The translations under genes were made by a program, and so were the position numbers. Shown here piece by piece: positions 18,412-28,420 of a DNA stretch of 64,000 nucleotides. This stretch comes from Nannocystis bainbridge. Lineage in GTDB: Bacteria; Myxococcota_A; Polyangia; Nannocystales; Nannocystaceae. Within the stretch, counting starts at the first letter, position 1; each line of letters opens with the position of its first letter. The DNA lies in assembly GCF_028368995.1 (NCBI RefSeq), contig NZ_JAQNDL010000003.1:160001-224000 (forward strand), read 5' to 3'. The notes beneath the pieces were generated by a model. It had not been told where the DNA came from. It was given only the letters and a program-made list of their open reading frames with translations, and ran no database searches.

Positions 18412-19572
18412 ATGATCGAGACCGAAGCGTGGGTGCTCTACGAGCGCTCCGGCGGCAGCGAATCCGCGCTGGATTCCGACGACTTCCGCCGCGAGACGTT
18501 CGCGTTCCCGGGGCCGGCCGGCGACGAATTGCTGGTGGAGCCGCTGTTCGGCAGCTGGGAGGGCAACATGACCCATTCGCTGCAGCGGCGGCCGATCGAC
18601 ATCTGCAAGCAGCGCGGCGAGCGGCGCGTCGTCATCGGCAACGGCAGCGTCCTGCGGGTCCTGCGGGCCGGGGCGGACGTCCGAGGGATCCACGAGGGCG
18701 ACGTGGGGATCCTTCACGGCGGGCATGTGCAGGATGAATTCGGCTACACGGTCCTGGTCCAGGGCTACGACGCGCCAGGCACCGTCGGCGTGCTCGCCAA
18801 GCGGACCAAGATCGCCGCGCGCAACTTCTTGCCGCTGCCGCTCGAATCACACCACCGCCTCGAACAGTGGGCCGCGTTCTCGGTCCGCTACCTGACCGCG
18901 TGGTCGAATTATCACCTCGCCCTCGGCGCCTACCGGCTGCAGGTAAACGAGCCGCTGGACCCCGCCCCCTTCGTGCTCGGCTGGGGCGGCGGCTCGACGC
19001 TCGCCGCCCTCGACCTGGCCCGCCGGGCCGGCTGTCGCGCCGCGATGGTGTCAGGCAGCCCCCAGCGACTCGCCGAGCTGGCCCGCATGGGCATCGTCGG
19101 CATCGACCGCAGGGCCTTCGCCGGGCTCGAATTCGACGAGGGGCGCTATGCGAGCGACCCCGAGTATCACGCGGCCTACCGCGCCGCCGAGAGGGCCTTC
19201 CTCGCGGCCGTGCACGACTGGACCGGCGGCCGCGGCGCGGCGATCGTGTTCGATTACATCGGCGCCCCGGTGTTTCGCGCCAGCGTCAAAGCGCTCGGCC
19301 GCCAGGGCGTGCTGGCGACCGCCGGCTGGCTCCTGGGCATGCAGACGACCGTCAATCGCGCGATCGAGTGCATCGGCCGCCACGTCCACGTGCATTCGCA
19401 TTACATCCGCCGCGCCGACTCGCCGAAGGCGATGCGCTACGCCGAGCGCGAGGGCTGGATGCCGCAGGTGTCGGAGATCTATTCGTGGGAGGAGATCGGC
19501 GGCCTGGCCCGCGCCGCCGCCGCCGGGCGCTTGCGCTCGTACTTCCCGGTCTATCGCGTCAACCCGGTCTGA
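18412..19572 (+). CDS. MDR-superfamily NAD(P)H reductase, resembling PoTeM IkaC/OX4-type enzymes
   Basis: GroES-like N-domain (LLVEPLFGSWEGNMTH...PIDICKQRGE), Rossmann LGWGGGS, VFDYIG. Co-oriented 63 bp upstream of the NRPS-PKS. The IkaC similarity is from memory. Confidence 0.8.
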   Translation: MIETEAWVLYERSGGSESALDSDDFRRETFAFPGPAGDELLVEPLFGSWEGNMTHSLQRRPIDICKQRGERRVVIGNGSVLRVLRAGADVRGIHEGDVGILHGGHVQDEFGYTVLVQGYDAPGTVGVLAKRTKIAARNFLPLPLESHHRLEQWAAFSVRYLTAWSNYHLALGAYRLQVNEPLDPAPFVLGWGGGSTLAALDLARRAGCRAAMVSGSPQRLAELARMGIVGIDRRAFAGLEFDEGRYASDPEYHAAYRAAERAFLAAVHDWTGGRGAAIVFDYIGAPVFRASVKALGRQGVLATAGWLLGMQTTVNRAIECIGRHVHVHSHYIRRADSPKAMRYAEREGWMPQVSEIYSWEEIGGLARAAAAGRLRSYFPVYRVNPV

Positions 19573-19635
19573 CCGGGCCCCGGCGGCGTCCGTGGCGTGG
19601 CCACGGTGCCACGATTGCTGCGAAGGAGTGAGGAC

Positions 19636-22600
19636 ATGAAATCGGGGCTGCCCCTTGAATCGGTAGATCTCGCGGCGGCGCGGCGGGCCGTGATCGACGA
19701 TTGGAACGCCACCGCGATCGATCTCGACGGCGAGCGCTGCCTCCACGCCTGCGTCGCGGCCCAGGTCGCGCGCACCCCCGAGCGAATCGCCGTCGTCGCC
19801 GAGAGCGGCAGCTGGACCTACGCCGAGCTCGATCGCCGCGCCGATGCGATCGCCGCCGAGCTGCAGCGCCGCGGGGCCCGCCGCGGCACGCTCGTCGCAG
19901 TCTGCGCCGACCGCTCGTGCGAGCTGCTCGCGGGCCTGCTCGGCGTGCTCAGGGCAGGTGCCGCCTATGTGCCGCTCGATCCGGAGCACCCGCGCGAGCG
20001 CCTGGAGTTCATGCTCGCCGATTGTGGTGCCCCCCTGGTCCTGGCCCAGCGCCGCCACGCCGCGCTCCTGTCGGCGGCCGCGGCCACGCTCGTCGTCCTG
20101 GACGCATCATTCCCGCCCGCCGGGCCCGTCGCCGCCGAGGTCGGGCCCGACGATCTGATCTACGTCATGTACACCTCGGGCTCGACCGGTCGGCCCAAGG
20201 GCGTGATGAACATTCACCGCGGTGTCGTCAATCGCCTGCTCGACATGCAGCGCACCCTGCCGCTCGGCGCCGACGATCGCGTGCTGCAGAAGACCCCGTG
20301 CGGCTTCGACATCTCGGTCTACGAGCTGTTCTGGCCGCTGCTGGCCGGCGCGACGCTGGTGATGGCCCGCCCTGGCGGCCACCGCGATCCCGCCTACCTC
20401 GTCGAAACGATCGCCAGCCACGCGATCACCACCATTCATTTCGTGCCGCCGATGCTGGCCGCGTTCCTCGAGCAGGACGACCTCGGCCCGTGTCACTCGC
20501 TGCGGCGCGTCCTGTGCACCGGCGACGTGCTCGCGCCCGCGCTCGTCCAGGCCTGCCACGCGCGGCTCGACGTCGAGGTCTACAACCTCTACGGACCCAC
20601 CGAGGCCGCCATCGAGGTCACCGCCCACCGCTGCGAGCGCGACAGCGACACCGCCTCGGTCCCGATCGGCAAGCCGATCGCCAATTGCACGATCTACGTG
20701 CTCGATCCCGCCGGCGAGCCGGTCCCGCCCGGCACCGCGGGAGAGCTCCACATCGGCGGCGTGCAGGTCAGCCGCGGCTATTGGGGTCGCCCTGCCCTCA
20801 CCGCCGAGCGCTTCGTCCCCGATCCATTCACGGCAGCGCCCGCCCGGCGGCTGTATCGCACCGGCGACCTCGCGCGCTGGCGAAGCGACGGCGTGCTCGA
20901 GTTCCTCGGGCGCCTCGACCATCAGGTGAAGATCCGCGGCGTCCGCGTCGAGCCCGGCGAGATCGAGGCGGTCCTGCGCGAGCATTCGCAGGTCCGCGAC
21001 GCCCTGGTCGTCGTGCACGAACAGGCCAGCGAGCGCCGGCTCGTCGCGTATGTCGTGTTCGCCGGCGAATCACCCCACGACCTCGCCGCGCTGCGCGCGA
21101 GCCTGGCGAACCGCCTGCCCGCGGCGATGGTGCCGGCCGCGCTCGTGCCCCTCGCCGCGATCCCGGTGCTCTCGAACGGCAAGATCGATCGCAGCGCCCT
21201 GCCGCGGCCCGAGGCGCAATCACCCGAGCGCGTCGCGCCGCGCGGCCCGATCGAACTGGCGATCGCCGAGCTCTGGCAATCCGTGCTCGGCGCCGGTGAG
21301 TGCGGGGTGAAGGACGAATTCCTGGCGATCGGCGGTCATTCGCTGCACGCGGCCCAGATCGTCGCGCGCATGCGGCGAGCGTTGGGCAGGTCGATCTCGC
21401 TGGCGGAGTTCTTCGCCCACCCGACGATCGCGGGGCAAGCCGCGTTGCTCGCCGAACGCGCGCGCCCGGCCGAGGATGCGATCCCTGCGCTCTCTGCCGA
21501 TTCAGGCCCGCTCTCGTTCGCCGAGGAGCGGCTGTACTTCCTGCACCAGCTCGCGCCGGCCAGCCCCGCCTATCATTGCCCGCACGCGTTTCACATCACC
21601 GGCGAATGCGACGAGGCGCGGCTCGAGGCCGCCCTGCTGGCGCTGGTCGGCCGCCACGACGTCCTGCGCACCCGATACCTCGCCGAGGCCGGCCTCCCGC
21701 GGCGCGCGATCGATCGCCAAGCGCGCCTCGACCTCGCTCGCCGCGACCTGTCCCATCTCGCACCGGAGGCCCGCAGCGAGGTCCTCGCGGCCATGCTCGC
21801 CACCGAGGTCGGCCGGCCCTTCGACCTCGCTGCCGGCCCGCCGCTACGCGCCGGCCTCGTGCGCCTGGACCGCGACGCGCGGGTGCTGTGGCTCGTGCAG
21901 CACCACATCGTCACCGACGGCTGGACCGACGCGCTGCTGCTGCGCGAGCTCGGCCAGCTCTACGAGTTCGGGCAGATCGACGCCGCCCCGTCGTTGAACT
22001 ACGCCGACTACGCCGCGTGGCAGCGTCATGACCGGTCTGACCAGCATCACGCAGCCCTCGCGCGCTGGCAGGCTCGCCTCGCGGGCGCGCCGGCCCTGCT
22101 CACATTGCCGATCGATCGCCCGCGCAGTGATGCCTCGACGGGTCGCGGCGCGCGCGTGACCTTCGCCGTCTCGCCGACGACCCTGGCCCCGCTGCGTCAC
22201 CTGGCCCGGGCCGCGGGCGCCACCCTCGCGCACGCGCTCCTGAGCGTCTTCGTGGCCGTCCTGCGCCGCTTCGCCGATCAGGACGACATGGTCGTCGGCT
22301 TGACCACGGCCGCGCGCGCGCGCGTCGAGCTCGAGGAAGTCGCCGGCTTCTTCGTCAACACCTTGCCGATCCGGCTCGACCTCGCCGACGATCCGACGCT
22401 GCCCACCTTGCTCGCGCGGGTACGCGACGCGGTGCTCGCGGCCCACGCCGACGAAACCGTCCCGTTCGAGCAGATCGTGCGCACCGTGCGAGCCCCGCGC
22501 GACCTCGGCGGTTCACCGCTGGTGCAGGTCGCGTTCGCCCCGCAGCCGCGGATCGACACCAGCCTGCGACTGCGCGGCTGCGCGGTGCGGCCGATCGACC

Positions 22601-25600
22601 TGCACGCCGGCGGCGCCATCTTTGACCTGACCCTGCTCACCCGCGAGACCGAGGACGACGGCCTCGCGGCCGCGCTCGAGTACAGCACCGACCGCTTCGA
22701 TCGCTGGCGCATCGAGCAGCTTGCCCGCGCGATCGAGGTCGTGCTCGCCGAACTCACAGCGCCTCCGGTCCCGATCTCCGAGCTGCCGCTTTTGACGCCA
22801 GTTGAGCAATCACAGCAGTTCGCGCTCGCCTGCGGACCGCCGCAGGACAGCGCGCCGGGCGGGGTGCACGCTCGCTTCGAGGCTCAGGTCGACCACACGC
22901 CCGACGCCGTCGCCCTCGTCGACGGCGACGCGCGCGTGACCTACGCGCAACTGGAGCGCCGCGCCAATCGCCTGTCTCATCATTTGCGCGGGCTCGGGGT
23001 CAGGCGCGGCAGCCTCGTCGGCGTGGTCGCCACGCGCACCGCTGCCACCTTCGTCGCCGTGCTCGCCGTCCTCAAGGCTGGTGGTGCCTACGTCCCGCTC
23101 GATCCGTCCTACCCCGCCCAGCGGCTCGCGCACATCCTCGAGGACGCCGGCCTGCGCTGGATCGTCGCCGAGCCCGACGCCGCAGCCCTCCTCCCGCCGC
23201 ACACGGCCCGACTCGTCGAGCCCGACGCACCCTCGCCCGACGCACACCGGCTCGAGCCTTCGGACCTCGGCCCCGACGACCTCGCCTACGTGCTCTACAC
23301 CTCGGGCTCGACCGGCCGACCGAAGGGCGTGGCGATGCCGCACGGGCCGCTGCACAACCTCGTGGGTTGGCATCTGCGCGACCCTCGGCTCGGGCGTCCG
23401 GCGCGGACCCTGCAATTTGCCTCGCTCAACTTCGACGTCTCGGCGCAGGAGTTTCTCACCACCTGGGCCACCGGCGGCGCGCTGATCCTCGTGGCCGAGG
23501 ACGCCCGTCGAGACGCGCGGGCGCTGCTGGCCCTGCTCGCGCGCCAGGCCGTCGAGCGGTTGTTCCTCCCCTTCGTGTTCTTGCAGCACCTCGCCGAGGG
23601 GCCCCCGGCGCCGTCTCTCGTCGATGTCATCACCGCCGGCGAACAGCTCAAGCTCTCGCCGGCGCTCCGCGAGTGGTTCGGGCGCATGCCGGCGTGCGCG
23701 CTCCACAATCACTACGGCCCGACCGAGGCCCACGTCGTCACCGCGCACGTCCTGCTCGAGTCACGCGAATCGTGGCCGAGCTTGCCGCCGATCGGCGCGC
23801 CGATCTCCAATACCCGGATCTACCTGCTCGACGCCCATCAACGCCCGGTCCCGCCCGGCGTCACCGGCGAGCTCCACATCGCTGGCGCCGCCCTGGCCCG
23901 CGGCTACCTCGGCCAGCCCGCCCACACCGCCGAGCGCTTCGTGCCCGATCCATGGTGTCCCGGCCAGAGGATGTACCGCACCGGCGACCTCGCCCGCCGC
24001 GCGCCGGACGGCGACCTCGAATACGTCGGTCGTCGCGATTCGCAGGTCAAGCTGCGCGGCGTCCGGGTCGAGCTTGGCGAGATCGAGGCCGTCCTGACCG
24101 AGGATCTCGCCGTGACCGCCGCCGCGGCCGTCGTGCGCGAAGATGTCCCCGGGGACAGGCGGCTCGTCGCTTACGTCGCCGCCAGCGGGCCGCTCGACCT
24201 CGACTCGCTGCGCGCGCGCCTGCGGGCCCGCCTGCCCGCGCCGATGCTGCCCGCCGAGCTGGTCCCGCTGCCCCGCTTGCCGCTGCTGCCGAGCGGCAAG
24301 CTCGATCGCCATGCCCTGCCGCCCCCTCCGCAGCGCTCCGCCGCGCCGCCGCGCGACACGCCTGCTTCGACGCTCGAGCAGCAGATCGCCGCGAGCTGGC
24401 GCGAGCTGCTCCAGCTCGACCACGTCGACCTCGACGATCGCTTCTTCGACCTCGGTGGTCACTCGCTGCTGCTCGCCCAGGTCCGCGCTCGCCTCGAGCG
24501 CACCACCGGGCGCACGATCGCCCTCGTCGAGCTGTTCCGCCACCCGACGATCCGCGAGCTCGCGCGTCACCTCGGCGGCGCCAATGACAGCCGTGATTCA
24601 CCAGCCTCGCCGCCGCCACCGCTCACCGCGCCGACCGGCGACGCGCGGGCGATCGCCATCATCGGCATGGCCGGTCGCTTCCCCGGCGCCGCCAGCGTCG
24701 ACGCGCTGTGGGCCGCCCTCGTGGCCGGGCGCGAGCTCATCACCTTCTCCACCCGCGAGCAGCTCGTGGCCGCCGGCGTCGATCCGGCCCTTATCGACGC
24801 CCCGCGGTTCGTGCCCGCCATCGGCGTCATGCCCGACGCCATGTGCTTCGACGCCGCCTTCTTCGGCTACGGCCCGCGCGAGGCCCGGCTCCTCGATCCG
24901 CAGCAGCGCGTCCTGCTCGAGGTCGCCTGGGCCGCGCTCGAACACGCCGGCCACGCCCCCCGCGGCAGCGAGCGCCCGGTCGGCGTGTTCGCCGGCTGCG
25001 AGGTCCCGCGCCACTGGCTCGAGCGAATCGGTGCACCGGGCGGCCCGCTCAGCATCGAGGAGTACGAGGTCGGCTTCGCCAACATGAACGACACCCTCGC
25101 CACCCGGGTCGCCTACGAGCTCGGCCTGCGCGGCCCCGCCTTCACCGTCCAGACCGCCTGCTCGACCTCGCTGGTCGCGGTCCACCTCGCCTGTCAGAGC
25201 CTGCTCACCGGCGAATGCGAGCTGGCGCTCGCCGGCGGCGCCGTCGTCATGCCGCCCGACCGGCTCGGTCACGTCTCCGAGGGCGGCTCGGTGGTCGCGC
25301 CCGACGGCCGCTGCCGGCCGTTCGACGCCGACGCCCAGGGCATCGTCGGCGGCAACGGGGTCGGCGTCGTCGTGCTGAAGCGCCTCGCCGACGCTCTGGC
25401 CGACGGTGACAGCATTCACGCAGTGATTCATGCCACCGCGATCAACAACGACGGCGCGCGCAAGGTCGGCTTCACCGCCCCGAGCGTGCCGGGGCAGATC
25501 GAGGTGATCGAGCGCGCGCTGGCCCTCGCCGCCGTCGACCCGGTTCGGATCGGCCTCGTCGAGGCTCACGGCACCGCCACGCGCCTCGGCGACCCGATCG

Positions 25601-28347
25601 AGGTCGCCGCGCTCACCCAGGCCTGGCGCCGGTCGACCGCCGCGCGGGGTTACTGCGCGCTCGGCTCGATCAAGGGCAACATCGGCCACCTCGGGGCCGC
25701 CGCCGGCATCGCCGGGCTGATCAAGGCCGCGCTGGCGCTGGCGCGCGAGGCCATCCCGCCGACCCTGCACTTCCGCGCCGCCAACCCCGAGCTCGCGCTC
25801 GACACCAGCCCGTTCTTCGTCAACAGCGATACAATAACATGGCCCAAAAGCCATGTTCCACGATTCGCCGCCGTCAGCGCGTTCGGGGTCGGCGGCACCA
25901 ACGCCCACGCAATCCTCGGCGAGGCCCCCGCGATCGCCCCGGGCGAACCGTCGCGGCCGGTGCAGTTGCTGGTGCTGTCGGCGCAATCCCCCGCCTCGCT
26001 GGCCGAGGGCGCCACGCGGCTCGCCGACGCCCTGAGCGGTCCCGACGCGCCCGCGCTGGCCGATGTCGCCCACACCCTCGCCCGCGGCCGCACGCCCATG
26101 CGCCATCGTCGGGCCGTCGTCGCCCGCGACGCCGCCGCGGCCGCCGTCGCCCTGCAGACCGGCGATCGGGCCCGGGTGGTCGACGGCCTCGCCGGCGACC
26201 GACCGCCGCGCATCGCCTTCATGTTCCCCGGCGGCGGCACCCAGACCGTCGGCATGGGCCGCGAGCTCTATACCGCCGACCCGTCGTTCCGCGCCGAGTT
26301 CGACGCCGCCGCCGATCGCTTCGCCGCCGAGCTCGAGCTCGACGTCCGCGCCCTGCTGTTCACCGCCGATCCCGACGAAGCTGCCCGCGGATTGCTGCGC
26401 CCGACGCGATTTTTGCCCGCGATCTTCTGCTGTGAATACGCGCTGGCCCGGCGGCTCATCGCGCTCGGCGTCGTACCGGCCGCGGTCACCGGTCACAGCC
26501 TCGGCGAATACACCGCGGCCGCGATCGCCGGGGTCCTCTCGCTCGCCGACGCGGCGCGCCTGCTGGCCATCCGCGCCCGGCTGCACGAATCGATCGAGCT
26601 GCCCGCCGGCCTGCTCGTCGTCAGCCTGTCCGAGGCCGCCCTGACGCGACGGCTCACGCCCGACCTAGACATCGCCGCCGTCAACGCCGAGGACAGCTGC
26701 GTGGTCGCCGGCCACCTCGCCGCAATTGAATCCTTCGAGGCCGAGCTCGCCCGCGACAGCGTCGAATGCCGGCGCCTGCCGGTCTCGGGCGCCTCGCATT
26801 GCGCGCTGGTCGATCCGCTGCTGGCCCCCCTGGCCGCCTGCGCCCGCGAGCTCGACCTCGCCGCGCCGACCATTCCGCTCGTCTCCAACGTCACTGGCGA
26901 TTGGCTCGGCGACGACGAGGCCCGCGATCCGCAGCACTGGTGCCGTCACCTGCGCGGCGCCGTGCGCTTCGCCGACGGCCTCGGCCGCTTGCTCGCCGAT
27001 CGCGACCTGCTGCTCGTCGAGGTCGGCCCCGGCCGCACCCTCGCCGGGCTCGCGCGCCGCCACCCCGACGCTGGCGGCCGCCCGATCGTCGCCACCATGG
27101 CCGCGCGCGGCGGCGGCCGCACCGACCTCGAGGCGTTCACCCACGCGCTCGCCCAGCTGTGGTGCCGCGGCGTCGACCTGCGCTGGGACGCGCTGTTCGC
27201 CGGCGAACGCCGCCGCCGCGTGCCGCTGCCGACCTACGCGTTCGCGCGGGTCCACCACGAGCACCCCGTCGCCCCGGCCCGGCGCGGCCGAGACGTCGCA
27301 GCATTCCCGATCACCGATGCGCCCGTCGCTCCTGCCATCATTCCCGCCGACGCCCTCGCCGACCCGATCGCGCGGACCCTCGCCGACGTGTTCGCCGAGG
27401 TCCTCGGCGTGCCCGCGCCGGGCCTCGCCGACAATTTCTTCGACCTCGGCGGCTCCTCATTTTTGGCCCTGCGCGTGCGCGTCCGCGTCGAGGAGCTGCT
27501 CGCGGTCAAGCTGCCGGTGCATGCATTCGTCGAGCACCCCACCCTCGCCGGCCTCGCCGACCTCGTGCGCGCCCGCCTGCCCACGGTCGCCGCGCCCGTC
27601 CCCGCGCAAGCGCGGCTCACCGTCGCATTGCGCCCGGGCCCTGGTCGGCGCCTGTTCCTGTTCCAGCCGATCGGCGGCACCGTCTTCACCTACCTGCCGC
27701 TGGCGCGGCGCCTCGAGCCCTCGCTTCACGTCATCGGCGTGCGCGCCTCCGGCATGGAACCCGGGGAGCCCGTCTTCGATCGCCTGGACCCGCTGCTCGA
27801 TCGTCTGCTCGACGAAGTCCGCGCCTGCCAACCGCACGGCCCCTACCTGCTCGGCGGCCACTCGGCGGGCGGTGTGCTCGCCTTCGAGCTGGCGCGGCGG
27901 TTGCTCGCGGCCGGCGAGCGCGTCGAGAATATCGTCATGCTCGACACCGCCTCGCTCGCGCTGGTGCGGCGGCTGGTCATCACCAGCGACGAGGACGTGT
28001 TCGAGATCGCGGGGCGCATGCGCAGCGACTCCTCCCACGCTTACGAACAATTCGCGGCGACCTTGCGCGACGACCCCAGCTTCCGCACCCTCGTGCGCAC
28101 CACCTGGAGCGCCCTCGCCGGCTGCGAACCGGGTCCGCTCGCCGCCGAGGTCCTCTACGTCAAGGCCCGCGTGCAGCCGGACGACGACCGCCACGCCGAC
28201 CACGCGTGGATGGCTCTCGTCGAAGGAGCGTTCGCGCGTATCACCGTCGACGCCGATCATTTCTCGATGATGGACGAGCCCGCCGTGGCCCACGTCGCCG
28301 CCGCCATGAACGCCGCGCTCGCCGCCCCGCCTCGCTCGACGCCATGA
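19636..28347 (+). CDS. Hybrid NRPS-PKS: A-T-C-A-T-KS-AT-ACP-TE
   Basis: Two YTSGSTGRPKG A domains, GGHSL carriers, C motif HHIVTDG, KS TACSTS/HGT/NIGH, AT GHSLG, ACP GGSS, TE GHSAG...DHF. RBS AAGGAG before ATG 19636. Confidence 0.97.
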   Translation: MKSGLPLESVDLAAARRAVIDDWNATAIDLDGERCLHACVAAQVARTPERIAVVAESGSWTYAELDRRADAIAAELQRRGARRGTLVAVCADRSCELLAGLLGVLRAGAAYVPLDPEHPRERLEFMLADCGAPLVLAQRRHAALLSAAAATLVVLDASFPPAGPVAAEVGPDDLIYVMYTSGSTGRPKGVMNIHRGVVNRLLDMQRTLPLGADDRVLQKTPCGFDISVYELFWPLLAGATLVMARPGGHRDPAYLVETIASHAITTIHFVPPMLAAFLEQDDLGPCHSLRRVLCTGDVLAPALVQACHARLDVEVYNLYGPTEAAIEVTAHRCERDSDTASVPIGKPIANCTIYVLDPAGEPVPPGTAGELHIGGVQVSRGYWGRPALTAERFVPDPFTAAPARRLYRTGDLARWRSDGVLEFLGRLDHQVKIRGVRVEPGEIEAVLREHSQVRDALVVVHEQASERRLVAYVVFAGESPHDLAALRASLANRLPAAMVPAALVPLAAIPVLSNGKIDRSALPRPEAQSPERVAPRGPIELAIAELWQSVLGAGECGVKDEFLAIGGHSLHAAQIVARMRRALGRSISLAEFFAHPTIAGQAALLAERARPAEDAIPALSADSGPLSFAEERLYFLHQLAPASPAYHCPHAFHITGECDEARLEAALLALVGRHDVLRTRYLAEAGLPRRAIDRQARLDLARRDLSHLAPEARSEVLAAMLATEVGRPFDLAAGPPLRAGLVRLDRDARVLWLVQHHIVTDGWTDALLLRELGQLYEFGQIDAAPSLNYADYAAWQRHDRSDQHHAALARWQARLAGAPALLTLPIDRPRSDASTGRGARVTFAVSPTTLAPLRHLARAAGATLAHALLSVFVAVLRRFADQDDMVVGLTTAARARVELEEVAGFFVNTLPIRLDLADDPTLPTLLARVRDAVLAAHADETVPFEQIVRTVRAPRDLGGSPLVQVAFAPQPRIDTSLRLRGCAVRPIDLHAGGAIFDLTLLTRETEDDGLAAALEYSTDRFDRWRIEQLARAIEVVLAELTAPPVPISELPLLTPVEQSQQFALACGPPQDSAPGGVHARFEAQVDHTPDAVALVDGDARVTYAQLERRANRLSHHLRGLGVRRGSLVGVVATRTAATFVAVLAVLKAGGAYVPLDPSYPAQRLAHILEDAGLRWIVAEPDAAALLPPHTARLVEPDAPSPDAHRLEPSDLGPDDLAYVLYTSGSTGRPKGVAMPHGPLHNLVGWHLRDPRLGRPARTLQFASLNFDVSAQEFLTTWATGGALILVAEDARRDARALLALLARQAVERLFLPFVFLQHLAEGPPAPSLVDVITAGEQLKLSPALREWFGRMPACALHNHYGPTEAHVVTAHVLLESRESWPSLPPIGAPISNTRIYLLDAHQRPVPPGVTGELHIAGAALARGYLGQPAHTAERFVPDPWCPGQRMYRTGDLARRAPDGDLEYVGRRDSQVKLRGVRVELGEIEAVLTEDLAVTAAAAVVREDVPGDRRLVAYVAASGPLDLDSLRARLRARLPAPMLPAELVPLPRLPLLPSGKLDRHALPPPPQRSAAPPRDTPASTLEQQIAASWRELLQLDHVDLDDRFFDLGGHSLLLAQVRARLERTTGRTIALVELFRHPTIRELARHLGGANDSRDSPASPPPPLTAPTGDARAIAIIGMAGRFPGAASVDALWAALVAGRELITFSTREQLVAAGVDPALIDAPRFVPAIGVMPDAMCFDAAFFGYGPREARLLDPQQRVLLEVAWAALEHAGHAPRGSERPVGVFAGCEVPRHWLERIGAPGGPLSIEEYEVGFANMNDTLATRVAYELGLRGPAFTVQTACSTSLVAVHLACQSLLTGECELALAGGAVVMPPDRLGHVSEGGSVVAPDGRCRPFDADAQGIVGGNGVGVVVLKRLADALADGDSIHAVIHATAINNDGARKVGFTAPSVPGQIEVIERALALAAVDPVRIGLVEAHGTATRLGDPIEVAALTQAWRRSTAARGYCALGSIKGNIGHLGAAAGIAGLIKAALALAREAIPPTLHFRAANPELALDTSPFFVNSDTITWPKSHVPRFAAVSAFGVGGTNAHAILGEAPAIAPGEPSRPVQLLVLSAQSPASLAEGATRLADALSGPDAPALADVAHTLARGRTPMRHRRAVVARDAAAAAVALQTGDRARVVDGLAGDRPPRIAFMFPGGGTQTVGMGRELYTADPSFRAEFDAAADRFAAELELDVRALLFTADPDEAARGLLRPTRFLPAIFCCEYALARRLIALGVVPAAVTGHSLGEYTAAAIAGVLSLADAARLLAIRARLHESIELPAGLLVVSLSEAALTRRLTPDLDIAAVNAEDSCVVAGHLAAIESFEAELARDSVECRRLPVSGASHCALVDPLLAPLAACARELDLAAPTIPLVSNVTGDWLGDDEARDPQHWCRHLRGAVRFADGLGRLLADRDLLLVEVGPGRTLAGLARRHPDAGGRPIVATMAARGGGRTDLEAFTHALAQLWCRGVDLRWDALFAGERRRRVPLPTYAFARVHHEHPVAPARRGRDVAAFPITDAPVAPAIIPADALADPIARTLADVFAEVLGVPAPGLADNFFDLGGSSFLALRVRVRVEELLAVKLPVHAFVEHPTLAGLADLVRARLPTVAAPVPAQARLTVALRPGPGRRLFLFQPIGGTVFTYLPLARRLEPSLHVIGVRASGMEPGEPVFDRLDPLLDRLLDEVRACQPHGPYLLGGHSAGGVLAFELARRLLAAGERVENIVMLDTASLALVRRLVITSDEDVFEIAGRMRSDSSHAYEQFAATLRDDPSFRTLVRTTWSALAGCEPGPLAAEVLYVKARVQPDDDRHADHAWMALVEGAFARITVDADHFSMMDEPAVAHVAAAMNAALAAPPRSTP

Positions 28348-28348
28348 T

Positions 28349-28408
28349 ATGTCTCAAAGGACAGGACGATCGCACAGGCCCCGCACGATCGCCTGTCCCT
28401 CGGGACAT
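28349..28408. repeat. ~60-bp inverted-repeat element built from two ATGTCY-N4-GGACA palindromes, between convergent genes
   Basis: ATGTCTCAAAGGACAGG...CGATCG...CGATCG...CCTGTCCCTCGGGACAT. The arms match 14/17. Confidence 0.75.
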
Positions 28409-28420
28409 CTTATTTCGAGC

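Noticed and set aside
18412-28347. PoTeM (HSAF/ikarugamycin-type) cluster
   Set aside because: The synthase lacks the KS-AT-DH-KR-ACP-C-A(Orn)-T-TE order, and there are no desaturase-like genes.
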